A stretch of 64,000 nucleotides of DNA. Origin: Phoronis australis (Eukaryota; Animalia; Phoronida). Position numbers and translations under genes: made by a program. Every line of letters starts with the position of its first letter. The stretch's first letter is position 1. Where the stretch lies: the NCBI GenBank assembly GCA_002633005.1, contig NMRA01000451.1, positions 104,892 through 168,891 of the forward strand, written 5' to 3'. The notes beneath the pieces were generated by a model. It did no database searches. It saw nothing but the letters and a program-made list of their open reading frames with translations, and was not told the origin of the DNA. Below are positions 25,299 through 38,072 of this stretch, one piece after another.

Positions 25299-26269
25299 CT
25301 GCAAAAGAAGGGAATATGAAGTCAGGCTGATATAAGTGACAATTCAAACGGTTTACAAGGCGGTTTCAGAGTAATTCCATAGGACTTGCAACCTTTTCGT
25401 ACGTACAAACAACTTCCCGGCAACAAACATTTTAAAACCATTTACACATATTCGGAAAGTGACAATAAAAAACCGCAAATACATTACAATATGTGTCACA
25501 CATAGAATACACGACATTCGAGAACAATCATAATTAAATCGCCACTTTTAGGAACCTTTCAACAACCTACAAAACAAATAGAGTGGCATTCAGGATGCAC
25601 TTGTTTTCATTGATCAATTCTCTAACGTCTGCGGGGACTTAGAATGAAGCAAATGTCCAAGAGCTTACGTAAGCATAGCATCAAACACAATTAAATCACT
25701 TGTACAATCGGTTGACGTTATCAAAAGAAGATGGCAATAAAAATTTGCGAATACTATTGCAAAAAGACTTTTAATTTACGTAACGAGAAGTAAATCCAGT
25801 GCCGATTTGCTGCCAAGTTTTACGAAATCGCTGTCGGTGGTCAAAGAGCAGTTGCTGGAACTCAGCATCAGTTTCGTGATACGGCGATCAAGAAAGACAT
25901 TTGCCGATATAGATAGGTATTTTTTCTCCAATTTAAGACCATTGCGGGTGTTGATGTCGAAATCTGTACTACGTATCCTAGGCATAGAAGCAAAATGATA
26001 CAATTTGGTCAACATGTAATGAAATATGTATAAAAAGAATTACAACGATAATCAAAAACCTCTAAACAAAATGACAAGTTTTACGCCCAGGTGTTATCAA
26101 TGCCTTTTTAAGGACAACATGGTCGTTAACTTAGGAATCTTCCCGGGGGTACAGAGAACTCTGGAAAAGCAATAGATGGAAACAGCGGATGATTTTCTGA
26201 TCTCAACCGAGGTATAACTATGCTAAAAAGGCTCTTAGCTTGGTTACAAAATGATGAAACGTTACACTG

Positions 26270-27580
26270 TACATATTACTTGAAGAGCGATCGCCGAAAA
26301 ATCTCGAATAACTCAATAACGGTAAGTGGTAAATAGAAACGTATGGCATACTTTCCATACAGCTTGAAATGATCTACATGAATTCGAAGAAAAAATAGCT
26401 CCAGAAACAACAGACTCGTCGCTCGGGAAACAACTAATCTTGTAAAATAGTCGCCACAGCGCCTTCTGGCGTTTGATATCAATCAAAACCATAAGGCTTC
26501 GAGCAATTAACAAAACAATGTTAAAGTGTGAATTTCATTCGGTCGAATAAAAAGTTTGTCGAAAATGGTAAATCTGAGAAAAAAATTGTTGCAGTTCATT
26601 TGAAAGAGTATACCTCAGAGAATCCACATGCAAAACTTTATGTCATTTTCTCTTCCTGTTTAAAATGAGACCCCAGGCGACCTAAAATGGGTCAACATGT
26701 TCCAGATCCGCCATCTTGAAAGCAACTTCCATTTTTTAGCTCTGAATAATAGCGTGTCATCAGAAACTAATACCTGAAAAAATGGAAGGAATAGCGGATN
26801 ACTCGTCGCTCGGGAAACAACTAATCTTGTAAAATAGTCGCCACAGCGCCTTCTGGCGTTTGATATCAATCAAAACCATAAGGCTTCGAGCAATTAACAA
26901 AACAATGTTAAAGTGTGAATTTCATTCGGTCGAATAAAAAGTTTGTCGAAAATGGTAAGTCTGAGAAAAAAATTGTTGCAGTTCATTTGAAAGAGTGTAC
27001 CTCAGAGAATCCACATGCAAAACTTTATGTCATTTTCTCTTCCTGTTTAAAATGAGACCCCAGGCGACCTAAAATGGGTCAACATGTTCCAGATCCGCCA
27101 TCTTGAAAGCAACTTCCATTTTTTAGCTCTGAATAATAGCGTGTCATCAGAAACTAATACCTGAAAAAATGGAAGAAATTGGTCCAATAATGCGCCCTCT
27201 ACCGGAGGAAACGTTTTTACCTTGGAATCGAAGTGCGCATGCGCCAAGGCCAATATTTGAACGGAAGTTCGATGTGTTTTTATGCATAGCACTTGTCTAG
27301 TTCTATGTTTTCACCGATTTTCAGTTGTGTAATATAATAATTGCGGCTTCTATGAGCATTTGAATCTGAAATTGGAAACAAAATGGCCGCCACGTCCGCC
27401 ATCTTACAACCGATCATGACTAAAAACAACAGGCTTCTAGCACTTCCGGAGATACAAGTTGTGTACAAATTTTATGGAAATTGGACAAAGAATGCGACCT
27501 GTAGAGTGCGAACAATCAAAAAAGGAAAAGAACTTGACGTTAGAGCAACATACTTGGCGAAATTTATTTCGTCAAGTAAA
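26270..27580 (-). mobile_element. HINE-like non-autonomous element, inverted relative to 12150-13280
   Basis: Terminal hairpin tacttggcgaaat/atttcgtcaagta (27551-27578) next to an A-run, and homology to 12160-13060. The lower boundary is approximate. Confidence 0.65.
26414..27180. other. Probable assembly overlap duplication around n at 26800
   Basis: 26414-26790 is repeated almost identically at 26801-27180, directly across a single n. Confidence 0.8.
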
Positions 27581-27649
27581 AATAGACAACACTACAACTT
27601 ATTTTTGCGTTGCTCCAAAAGATCATCGTTGAATAGATATGCTAGTCTT

Positions 27650-28035
27650 TCATGGATGTATCGCCACTGTACACTGGCTCAATATCAGATGTGGGTATTA
27701 CCAAACTGAGTGGATTTGTTGACTTGCTAGAACAATGAGACAGTGTGATGGCAGATAAGCGATTTCTAATTAATAAGCTTCTCAATGAAAAGGGTACACA
27801 GTTGAACATCCTATCCTTTCTAAGCTAAAAAGGTAATTTTTCAAGTGAGGAAATAAGAAAAACAGAAATATCCAGTCTGAGAATACATGCACATGTGGAG
27901 AGAGTCATTAGACGCATCAAAGAAAATCACTTGTTTAACACTCCCATTCCTTTGAACATGACTGGCTCAGTAAATCAGTTGTGGACAGTTGCCTGTTTAT
28001 TTGCAAACTTTAGAGGCCCTATTGTAAATGAATGA
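27650..28035 (+). pseudogene. C-terminal fragment of a DDE transposase (DDE_Tnp_4, ISL2EU/Harbinger group)
   Basis: LYTGSISDVGITKLSG...DSVMADKRF...LRIH..VERVIRRIKENHLF...VNQLWTVACLFANFRGPIV, with internal stops. Confidence 0.85.
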
Positions 28036-28154
28036 TCATGTACAAAAAGTTTTGCAATAAACAACAAGACTTATACAGTTATTTAACTCTTTCAATTTAT
28101 TTCTTGAGACCACACAATATACATTTGGCACAAGACAGTGACTACAGTAACACC

Positions 28155-30410
28155 TCAGCTAGCAGGGGAATCAGGTGACAGATAGAAATTGTAGAAAAAG
28201 TGGTCTACCTTGTCTTTCAGGTCTTGGCAAAATGTCAAATCACAGCGAATCTCTTCCTTATGATAGTAGTTTTCATGCCAAATGAGCAGGTCACACCACT
28301 CCAGTCCAGTAACTGCAAGCTGTATTTGTATCTGCGTGAAATGCTGATGCGGCCTATTTAAATAATATCTTCCATCAGGTGTAACTTTCAGGTACATGTA
28401 GTTGATTACACTAATTGAGGGAGTTTGGGGGGCATTTGATCTCCAACAAACTAAATAGAGGAACTCGCTGGGGGGTCGCACACTTTACGGTCGGGACTCA
28501 CTGCCATCCAGGGTGACCATGGACTAATTATTAAATATTAATACTGCTTGCCACCACATCACTGTATTTGGCAGCTGCATGCGGTTCATTGGCAATACTA
28601 GCCAGCATGGCTGCAGTTTGAATGTAGCGAGTTGATTTGAGGCGTTTCAAAAGAGCTTCAAAATCTTTTTGTCTCACCCAAATGTAATGAACTTTTGAAG
28701 CTGTAATTCTGTGTTTTCTCAATTTATGCTAAAGAGGTGAGCCACTTTGCAAAACTGTTTTTCTTTCAAATGCTATAGCCTCGTCAAGAGATAACATCAA
28801 TCCATCCAGTGCATTTTGCGGATAATGCTGTAAAGGACATTGGTAACGGTTCTTTAAAACTTTCTCAACTGGTAAATCCGGATATTCTACACCATCATAC
28901 AGGTCCATAATAAAATGTGGGTGATGCTTTTGTTGCACAGAGAGTACAAAGCCCTTAGGGAAAAGGCCAAACTTAGTATTTTCCTGGTACTTGGACACCG
29001 TGAGAGCGCAGCAAGTACCATAATGTTGCTTTGAATGGCTTCAAGTGACCGTTTCAAAGAATGAAGGGAAGGATAATGGGTTCTGACAGGGTGTGTCAAC
29101 AGAGATGCTACAGCCCTTCTTGGTTCTTCACGCTCAGCACTGCCATAGCCTACAACTTGTAAATTCTGAAGTACCACAGGTTGTATTTTTTCACATCTTG
29201 GCTGGTGCCACGTTTCTTGAAGGGAGGTCTTAGCAACATCCTCAGGTACAGAAGAAACCCCCAGAAGCTTGTAATTTGCTATTTGATATAACAATTCAGT
29301 AATGTGGCCACAGGCTTATCCAAGACCTTTTGCGCTTGAGCAACTTGATTTTGTCACCTAAGGCACATGGCTAAGATCAATCTGCAATAATAAAATGCAA
29401 TTTCTTTTAGAGCAAATTGAAATGAATAATTGATACTGCTAGTTGAGTTATTTTCTGTCGATGGAAAATTTGACATCATTTTAAATAGGAATGATTTTAA
29501 AATGGCAGCATGCAAATCACTTATTACTGAATCATTATTTTGTCAAGATCTGAATAAATTTAATTTTAAATTTGATCATAGCAGACACTAAACATTTTAA
29601 TACGACCAACAAGGTTAATTTAATGTTTTTCAACACCAAATGTATTTAAGTCAATACATACTCATATTAATATCAAAAATTAGCATGCTACCTCAAATCA
29701 TTTTAGTGACTTCATACTTACAGATAAGTCATGGGGTGGTTCATTTTTCCTCTGAGATCTGAAACATTTTGCTTGCAACTTGCAACCACTTGCAACAGGC
29801 GTTACTGTAAACAAAATTAATGTTTTAGTTTATGATTTCTAAACTGCCCAGATATACAGAAAACAAGAGACCACTTCAGATTGAATTAAAATATGAGTAC
29901 ATAATAGAAACACGTGCACCGCCCATGAAACATCAGTTGCATTTGACGAAATCTCGTAAATTAACTAAACTTAAAACACCCTAAGGGCCTGCAGTAGTTC
30001 AGTCAAGATCCACACAACTGAATCAACGACATTTGAAGTGCTTATAAATTTAAAAATAAATGTGACACCCCTCAGCATTTCAAATATAATTTGGCCAGTA
30101 GTTTTACCTCTCGTGGTCAACTTGGTATCATTGCTTTCTTTTTGTAAAACAAAAACCCAGTGAAACAGGTTTGTTATGACTGACCAGCTGACATCTTAAC
30201 AACAACAACGGAAGAATGTTAATGCAACCTATAAAACTACTTACTTCTTATTGGTGTAATGTAACCTTCGCTGAAATACTTGTACCCTTTGGAGAGATGG
30301 TTCTTTCATGATGATTGCGAGGAATTTTTACAATATGACTCCACAAAGCCAAATGTTAAGTTTGGAACAAGTGTGAGGTCTCGATCAGCTGGCGCAGAGG
30401 AGGCTGCCAT
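28155..30410 (-). pseudogene. Three-exon SWIM + YqaJ (lambda-exonuclease-like) accessory gene of an ISL2EU-type transposon, decayed
   Basis: Exon 30245-30410 (MAASSAPA...KGYKYFSEGYI), exon 29722-29804 (KCFRSQRKNEPPHD) and exon 28155-29381 (CGHITELLYQIA, TSLQETWHQPR, TVLQSGS, RITASK, YYL..HQHFTQIQ.QLAVTGLEWCD). GT/AG borders; convergent with the transposase fragment. Confidence 0.82.
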
Positions 30411-32107
30411 GATTGTAAACAGTTAGTAGTCCATCAGTCCTAGCCTCGCTTTCGATTTTCACTTAATATTCATGAGGCAATATTAAGAAAGGTCTATTGT
30501 CAACACGCTGCAGAAAACAACTGGAATTGGAGGAAGTCGGATGGAAAAATAAAAATTGATTTTAAGCAGTTTTTATTATTTATCAAAATAGTCGTCGACC
30601 ACAAATCTTTAGTCGAAGGATCCACGTTTCGAAAAAAGGGATGGCGGTGTGGACATTCCGTTGCTAGCACACTTTTCGCTTTCTTTCAAGAACGTCCTGG
30701 AAATACGTGAGCCCCCCCTCCCTATTTTGGTCACCGATGATTAATGTGCATTATGATGTAAAGGAAAATCGCTTTCACTCCCGGGAGGACGATGCACTGA
30801 TTAACATTTGCAGAAAATCTACTTTTATGATCCCCATTTCTGTTCCGCGACTAACGAGAAAAAACGAGAAACGGATTCGGCCTTTGTGTTCATATTGATG
30901 CTATCACAATATCCCTTATTTTGATAGATTTATATTTGTTGTTGGTCGAAAACACCAATGTCTTTAGAAATCACTTCGGGGTTTACTGATGTTGGACGAC
31001 TCTGCAAAATCAAAAGTGACGCATGGCATCGCCAGTGACTTGCCCTAGTAACGAACACAGAATCGTTTCCCGTACCAGTCCGATCGCTATAACATGAGCA
31101 AAAAATACCAATTCGTTTCTCGTTTTAGCCATTTAAAAAGACAAAGTGTTGCTGTACCGAAATGTAGAAGCGTAGACAAATGTTCAAATTTGCTTAACTT
31201 CGGATCATCATACATGTATCTCAGGAATGACTGATGGAATCCTCAACTAACTTACATATACAGTGTACTATGTTTCATGCACTATTCTCAAAATCTCTTA
31301 TTAGAATTTGTTCCTTAAATGTTGCACTTGTGCATGACGGATCCCTTGACCTTGTTAGAAAAAAATAATTTTGATAAATAAATAACCTGAAATTATAATT
31401 TAAAAAAGTATAAACATTTTGAGATTTTGTATCAAGTGAAATTAGGCAATGCTATTACCACTGTTGTTTTCCTAACTTGGCAATGTGACCAAATTGCTAG
31501 GAAATTTGTAGGAAGTTACAATCAAATTTGTTTTCTTTTCTCGCACATATAGACATCACATTTGATTTAGGCCAGAACAGAAGCACGAACTTTAAAATTA
31601 GCGCTTAAGTAAATAACAACAGATCTGTCCAACGCTTCGTTTATTACTCTAAACCATTGTCAAGGAAACAGCTCACAGATTCAAAACAGGCGACACAGGT
31701 AGAGAAGAGAATGTACAGATACACGTCAAAATGCATGGTAAGAGGGAGAGACCAGAAATCAAAACAGTTGGAGCTCAACTGGGACCCGTGTTTCTATTGA
31801 GGTAACGCTCAGCATGGTTCAACTTAGGATGCACAATTTCAATGAAACGGCATCTTTAATTCAGTAAAATTTATCTGTGATTACCTCTCACTTGTAACTT
31901 ATCGATCTCCAGTTAAAATGAGGATAACATGTCGTCGGAACCCTTTGACCTGGACATTGTAATCGGTAACCAGTGCTAATCTATTTTAGCACACTTATTT
32001 TATATATTTACTTTATTTCTAATTTGTTTAAAATTTCAATTGGTTTTGAGTAAAAACATTTTAACGAGAGTAACTCGACATCGGACGCAGAAAGTAGAAT
32101 ATAGATA

Positions 32108-32175
32108 TATGTATGTATGTATGTTTGTATGTATGTATGTGTGTATGTATGTATGCACATGTATATGTATATGCA
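32108..32175. repeat. (TATG)n microsatellite
   Basis: Seen directly. Confidence 0.85.
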
Positions 32176-32963
32176 TAGATTATAGACAACAGGTTCGCAA
32201 CTCCGACATTTTCTTCCGTGCTATCCAAGAGGAGGCAACAATCTCCTAAACTATCTGCTGCATTTTAGGGTTAGTTTACTTTGACAGGAAATTCTCGCAT
32301 CTACTTTACTGTCCATTTCAATGAAAAAATTAATAGATTCGGCATTGAAACGCTGTTCAAAGTCTTCCAATAGTAGAACTGTTGGTATCGTGAGTACTTT
32401 TGGCAATGCTACTCGTAATGAATTAAAAAAATCAAACTTCGGTGCCGACTGATTATGTCGTCTGCTTGCACAATACTAAGCAGCATAGTTATCGGACACT
32501 TTTTGATTCGTGGTTCACATAGGCCTACTGAGAAAACTACGAAAGCATATTTGTGCACAAATTCTAAGGAGTACCTGTGAATGCAAAAGATACTTATATA
32601 ACGTTTTGTTTTAGAAGATTATTAATTTTGCTCGGATTAAAAAATGTGCCTCTGTAACGATTTCAATGGTTTAACCTTTGTATGTTTACAATTCAACATT
32701 CTCAAGTGAGCAGTTCTTTTCTTGGAAGTGTTTTTAAGTGGCCCTTACAAGGGCCGTTTGTTGTACTGTGCATCAGCTTTAGGTATAGCGTGAAATGGTT
32801 CTTAAAAGAACCGTTGAATAACAAGAGAACAAATCACATATTATACCGTGCTCATTCAAGTGCTGAAGGTCCTCTTATTTTTAGTTTTCATCAGGGAAGG
32901 TTGGATGAAAACAGAGAAGATGACAATATCAATGACAGTTGTAACACCGTAAATAGATATTAC

Positions 32964-33017
32964 CGTACCCCAACGCTGTCACGAACCCAGTTCTTGTTCC
33001 TGGATCCAGAAGTAATC
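32964..33017 (-). CDS. Candidate 54-nt phase-1 exon, (G)LLLDPGTRTGFVTALGY
   Basis: tctttttttcctacggttcag|GATTAC...GGGTACG|gtaata. Good pyrimidine tract, symmetric and stop-free, with a moderate donor. Confidence 0.5.
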
Positions 33018-34122
33018 CTGAACCGTAGGAAAAAAAGACATACAACAAAAGGAATCAAATTTCAAAAATAATCGCCTGCGTACGATTCCGTGTTGCTGTC
33101 GTCAGATTGATGTTCCTCCCCAACATCCACGTCGAAAATCGACGTTGCGAGTGATGGAAACTTTGTTTCTAACTTTCATGCCATTTTGTAAGAAAGGGGC
33201 GTATTGGTTTTGTCTATTGTTGATAGAGCGTATCTTTTGGTTTTTACAATGCATTAATCGTGTTGAATGCATTGATATTAAGTGGCCTCATTGAGCCTAA
33301 CAGAAAATAATTAATTGTAACACAATAAAGTTTTGAAAATAAATAGAACAGGACTCCCTAAGAATCAGGCTTGTTTTTCGAAATTTTGCACCGTTGGTGA
33401 TCTGATTAGTTCATGCACTTATGGTGGGAAAATGATAGACCGAATATTGTGCACGTGTGCACTGTAGGAACACTTTGTATCTTATTCTTATTTGGCCAAT
33501 CTGTTGATACAGTAAATTTCCTTATTTATGCCCATCCTGATTTGACCGCAACTTGAGCTTGTCATGGTTCTACCATATTGGGGTCGGCATAGGGACTTCA
33601 TTTTACCGACCATTTCAAATTGTGTAGGTGAAGTAAATAAACAAAGTGGATGATTGTCATCACAGGAATTTCATCATTAGTACCTTTTGCCGGGAGCTCA
33701 AATTTTCTGAGACTAGGGATTGTCACATTTGTAAGGTAGAAGTGTTTCGCTGGACTTCCTGGTCTGTGGCGTTATTTATACCGGACCAAAAGTAAAAAGA
33801 GCCCCTTGTTTAAATTAGGAGATGCATAAAAAATAATTGCAGGCGGTCTGATACATGTTGTACATAGTTTAGTAACTAGAACCGCCAGCAGCGGATAAGG
33901 GGGTCCCGTTTTTTTAGTCCACCGACAGATTTTCTGAACAGAAGGTCCACACCAATTCCACGAGGCAAGATATTGCCCCTCCTTATGGTATCCTAGATCC
34001 GCCACTGTTATACCAGACGTGCGCAGGCAGCTCATGTGGGTCCATTGCACAGATCAGTTGAAAGCATTTTTTATGCTTTATCATTAACATAGAGCTAAAC
34101 CAAGCTGAGGGTTTAGCAATTT

Positions 34123-34190
34123 GACCCAGTGGGATTCGAACCCACGACCTCGAGCAAAGAAAGCAGGCACACTAGGCCACCCCGCCTCCT
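34123..34190 (-). mobile_element. tRNA-derived SINE head or tRNA pseudogene
   Basis: The minus strand has A-box-like TGGCCTAGTG and B-box GGTTCGAATCC, but no complete cloverleaf. Confidence 0.55.
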
Positions 34191-34399
34191 CCAAGAGCTG
34201 CATAGGCTATAGGTTGTAATTTGTGTAGACGTTTCTCTGCGTTGCGAGTTTTTGTAAAAATGGGCAGTCTGTAGCCAACTACGCTAAATTCATAAAAGAC
34301 TGCGTGCAGTGCAACTGAAGTTCATAAATACTGGACTTCCAAACCGCTTGATCTGATTTGACATTTCACATGATATTTCAGAAGGACATTACTTAGTAT

Positions 34400-35140
34400 C
34401 CTTCATGCCGAGAGTGTCGTGAGAGGGCGGCTTGTGCAGTTAACAGTGAAGTTCTCGAGCCGGTTTATGATAACTGTAGTGAGGGAGATGCTGTGATGTA
34501 CACTGATGGATCGGTTAAAAGAGGAGAAATATCTGGATGGGGCTATGTAGTATGTACATGTAGTCAATGTAAATGGCCAAATAGTAGCGGAAAATGGTGA
34601 GGCATATGAGATCACGACATCTAGTATGAAGATGAAGGAGGTTGGTGCTGAAAAGGCACTTTCATGGCTACAGGAAAGCACTTATACCTCCGCAGTTATT
34701 GTGAAAGACTCTCAGAGCATGCTGAGTAAAATCGAAAAGGGATATCTCAAACCTGCACTTGCAGTGGACTGTGAAAGCTGACATGGATATTCTCATCTGG
34801 GCATGCCAGGGTCGCCGGAAATGAGAAAGTTGTCAAGTTAGAGGGAAATGCACCAATACAGGGCGCCCTCAGGTTGGGAGAGAGTGAGATTCTTGGAGCG
34901 CTTAGAGAGGTGGAGCCACATGAGAATGGAGATGCAATTCACAGGATGCAGCCGTTTGGATATGAGAGAGGCTGCGGTGTTGATAGCCGGTTGCATAGCC
35001 GGGCAAGACGACTTTGTAATCAGCAGTTCCGGCTGGAGTGGTCAGTCAAAGGACTTTGTCTGACTTGATGACGTGGAAAGCCGAGCATCTATGGGTCTGC
35101 CCCGAGTGTGACGACGCTGGTTCTGCACTCAAGTAATACC
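34400..35140 (+). mobile_element. 3' fragment of an RNase H-bearing non-LTR retrotransposon
   Basis: YTDGSVKRG..SGWG, TTSSMKM, AVIVKDSQSML, WIFSSGHARVAGNEK (RNase H motifs), ending in a short caagtaa repeat. Confidence 0.72.
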
Positions 35141-35989
35141 CAAGTAATGCACGGGGACCCTTTTGCTTTATTGGGAGTGGGATTGGTTCATGATGTACCC
35201 TAGAGGTTTAATGGCGGAAATTTAAAAATCATTCGTCCGCTTACAAAAAATTAACATTGAAGAATAAAAACAACCTTCACACCCTTCTGGTGCTCTAGTC
35301 CCATGTTTGCAAATAAGTTGGTTGTATATTCATAGACTGCAATGTACTTGGCTAAGATGGTCTAGATATTTTGTGTGGCATACATTCGACATGAAGTGAG
35401 TGTGTAACCTTCTGTTGAATTCCGAGATAGATTTTGAGTAGGCCATTTGGTTATTTCTGGGCTATTAATGTGATCTTTATTGATGTTAAAGGTTTTACCA
35501 GCATTCAATTTATTTGTGCACGGATATATAAATCGGCTATGTCGGTGATCCAAATCCCGACGAAATGTGCGCATTTTGCTGAGATAGTAACCGCCTGATT
35601 AGATCCAGCGAAGATGACTAATTTGGTTAATTCGCACACTAGACTATGGCTAAGTTCCTCCTAATGACAGGAGTTCGTGAATCACCATCTTTCGAAAGGT
35701 TTTTCTCCCACAGCCGATTATGAGGTCTCCGTACGTTATGGAAGCTAACGCCTTTGCATTTCGCCTGTTGTCGAACACCCGGCCACACAACAACCGACCG
35801 TGATTAGCAGGCGACGTACTTGCCGGAAATAACAACAGATAATTTGCCTAGGTGACGCTAGTGAATAATGACGTACATGTAAACGTAACGGCTTGTGCGA
35901 AACAGCACAGATTTCGTCCATTGAAAGTATACGGAGTTGACGGTCCATGTACTATAGTCTATGGTATTTGCATAGATGTCTATATATAT

Positions 35990-36005
35990 GCGTGCGTGTG
36001 TGTGC

Positions 36006-36037
<32 letters not shown>

Positions 36038-36052
36038 NTGTGTGTGTGTGTA
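35990..36052. repeat. (TG)n microsatellite containing an n
   Basis: Seen directly. Confidence 0.9.
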
Positions 36053-36321
36053 TGCTTATATGCATTTTGTATACTTAAATGTACTCCAACGTTTCAAAGG
36101 TGAGCAATTTCAGTTAAATGCGAAGTTCATTTTAGAATAAACTGCCGAATACGTTGAGCAGTACAGAGTGCTATATACAAAATCATATTTTATTTAACTA
36201 ATCAGAATTTGAGAAAGTCCTTTCTGGTAGACGTGGTAGATCCAGATTGTACGATCAACGCCCGGGTACCAGTGTGGGTAACCCATAGCTGACGGACAAA
36301 ACGTACTAAATGTCTGCTTAC

Positions 36322-36336
36322 CTGGTCGTACCGGAG
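36322..36336 (-). CDS. 15-nt phase-1 microexon, (A)PVRP
   Basis: ctgtttcttgcag|CTCCGGTACGACCAG|gtaagc; flanks are homologous to those of 44700-44714. Confidence 0.68.
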
Positions 36337-36919
36337 CTGCAAGAAACAGAATCAGCAATCAAGTTTCGGGAATTCCAGAAAAGGTTCACAGTATGATTAA
36401 CTACTTGAAAATTTTCAAGTTTTTTAACCTTTTGAGATAAGAACTGAAGGAGCAATCACCGGAAAATGATGAATCGCATGACACACTTCCCACACCGCTT
36501 GAAATGATCTACACAATGAAAAATAACCGACAACAAAACCTCTCCAGAACCATGGCTGGGCAAACTACAAAATGGCTGCCACATCGCCATCTCATGTCTG
36601 CAAAAACACAAAGTTTTAATCAATATACAAAACACACGTTGTGTGTAAATTCCATTTGTACAGGATAACAAGTTCGACCTATAGCGTACGAGCGAACAGA
36701 AAACTCGACAGAACAACACACTAATGAGAACTAAAACAAACATAGAGAACAGTACTGTTTTTCGCACCTCTCACAATGATCATGTTTAAACAGATATATT
36801 AGTCTCCCATGGTTTTAAACAAAAGAATCTCAGTTTGTTGCTTTCATTGATCACACCCTGACTTTACCTGACAGTGTAATTGTAAGGAATGTTTGATTTA
36901 CTACACATTTCGGGCTTAC

Positions 36920-36967
36920 CTTTCGTGGTCTTGGTCGTGGTCGTGGTCGTGGTCGTGGCTGTTGGAA
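36920..36967 (-). CDS. 48-nt phase-1 Thr-rich (mucin-like) exon, (V)PTATTTTTTTTKTTK
   Basis: gttttttccgtag|TTCCAACAGCC(ACGACC)n...AAAG|gtaagc. Confidence 0.72.
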
Positions 36968-37505
36968 CTACGGAAAAAACAGGAATCACATTCTACATAC
37001 ACTGTTACCATGCAGCGAAACATTTTGAAGGGGTGACATGCTCTTGAAGAAAATCAATGTTTTGATCCTCATATGTAATCCATATCTGATGAGATTGATC
37101 AAAAAACGAATTCGACCTTTACCCTGTTAAAATTGGTATCGTAATGTCCCTTATCTTAATAGGCGAATGTTCCCCCAAAGATCGTTTTTACTTAATCTGG
37201 ATTTGCTGGAAAACGTTTTTTCATTATTTGGGGGTGTGGCAGTTGGTAACCCTCAAGCGTTTTTAAAATATGCATATTAAGGTCCCCGTTATGCAATTTT
37301 CTATGTTTGCTTATAAATTCCTTACTAAGCACTGCATTTTTGTTTTCACCCATGTTTTTATTGTCAGCNGTTTAAACAGATATATTAGTCTCCCATGGTT
37401 TTAAACAAAAGAATCTCAGTTTGTTGCTTTCATTGATCACACCCTGACTTTACCTGACAGTGTAATTGTAAGGAATGTTTGATTTACTACATATTTCGGG
37501 CTTAC

Positions 37506-37508
37506 CTT

Positions 37509-37544
<36 letters not shown>

Positions 37545-37553
37545 CTGTTGGAA
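37506..37553 (-). CDS. Second copy of the 48-nt Thr-rich exon, probably the alternate haplotype
   Basis: Lies in the duplicate across n37369 and differs by AAG>ACG (K>T). Confidence 0.45.
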
Positions 37554-38072
37554 CTACGGAAAAACAGGAATCACATTCTACATACACTGTTACCATGCAG
37601 CGAAACATTTTGAAGGGGTGACATGCTCTTGAAGAAAATCAATGCTTTGATCCTCATATGTAATCCATATCTGATGAGATTGATCAAAAAACGAATTCGA
37701 CCTTTACCCTGTTAAAATTGGTATCGCAATGTCCCTTATCTTAATAGGCGAATGTTCCCCCTATACATGTAGTCCGAGAGCCAAAGATCGTTTTTACTTA
37801 ACCTGGATTTGCCAGAAAACGTTTTTTCATTATTTGGGGGTGTGGCAGTTGGTAACCCTCAAGCGTTTTTAAAATATGCATATTAAGGTCCCCGTTATGC
37901 AAATTTCTATGTTTGCTTATAAATTCCTTACTAAGCACTGCATTTTTGTTTTCACCCATGTTTTTATTGTCAGCGATTTTTAGTGTCGGCTTTTGAGGGA
38001 ATACGTTGTGAATTTGCATAATTTATGCAAATGGAGGCCGCCATTATTAAAAATTTTACTTGTTCATTTAGC

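Larger units (their letters stand above)
22200..25750. repeat. Diverged tandem duplications of exon+intron blocks carrying the 21-nt microexons
   Basis: Paralogous intron blocks, e.g. acactcgatgactcag (22837, 24637), cactttcggaaacgcaat (23673, 24246), gtttcattcc (22235, 23730, 24302) and gcaaatgtccaagag (23504, 25649). Confidence 0.85.
36784..37974. other. Probable assembly overlap duplication around n at 37369
   Basis: 36784-37368 is repeated at 37370-37974 with a few SNPs and an about 20-bp indel near 37762. Confidence 0.8.

Noticed and set aside
33684-33706. Possible extra microexon (AG...GTACTA)
   Set aside because: 23 nt, so frameshifting, with a weak donor.
34123-34190. Functional tRNA gene
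   Set aside because: A and B boxes are present but the D and anticodon arms and acceptor stem do not form properly.
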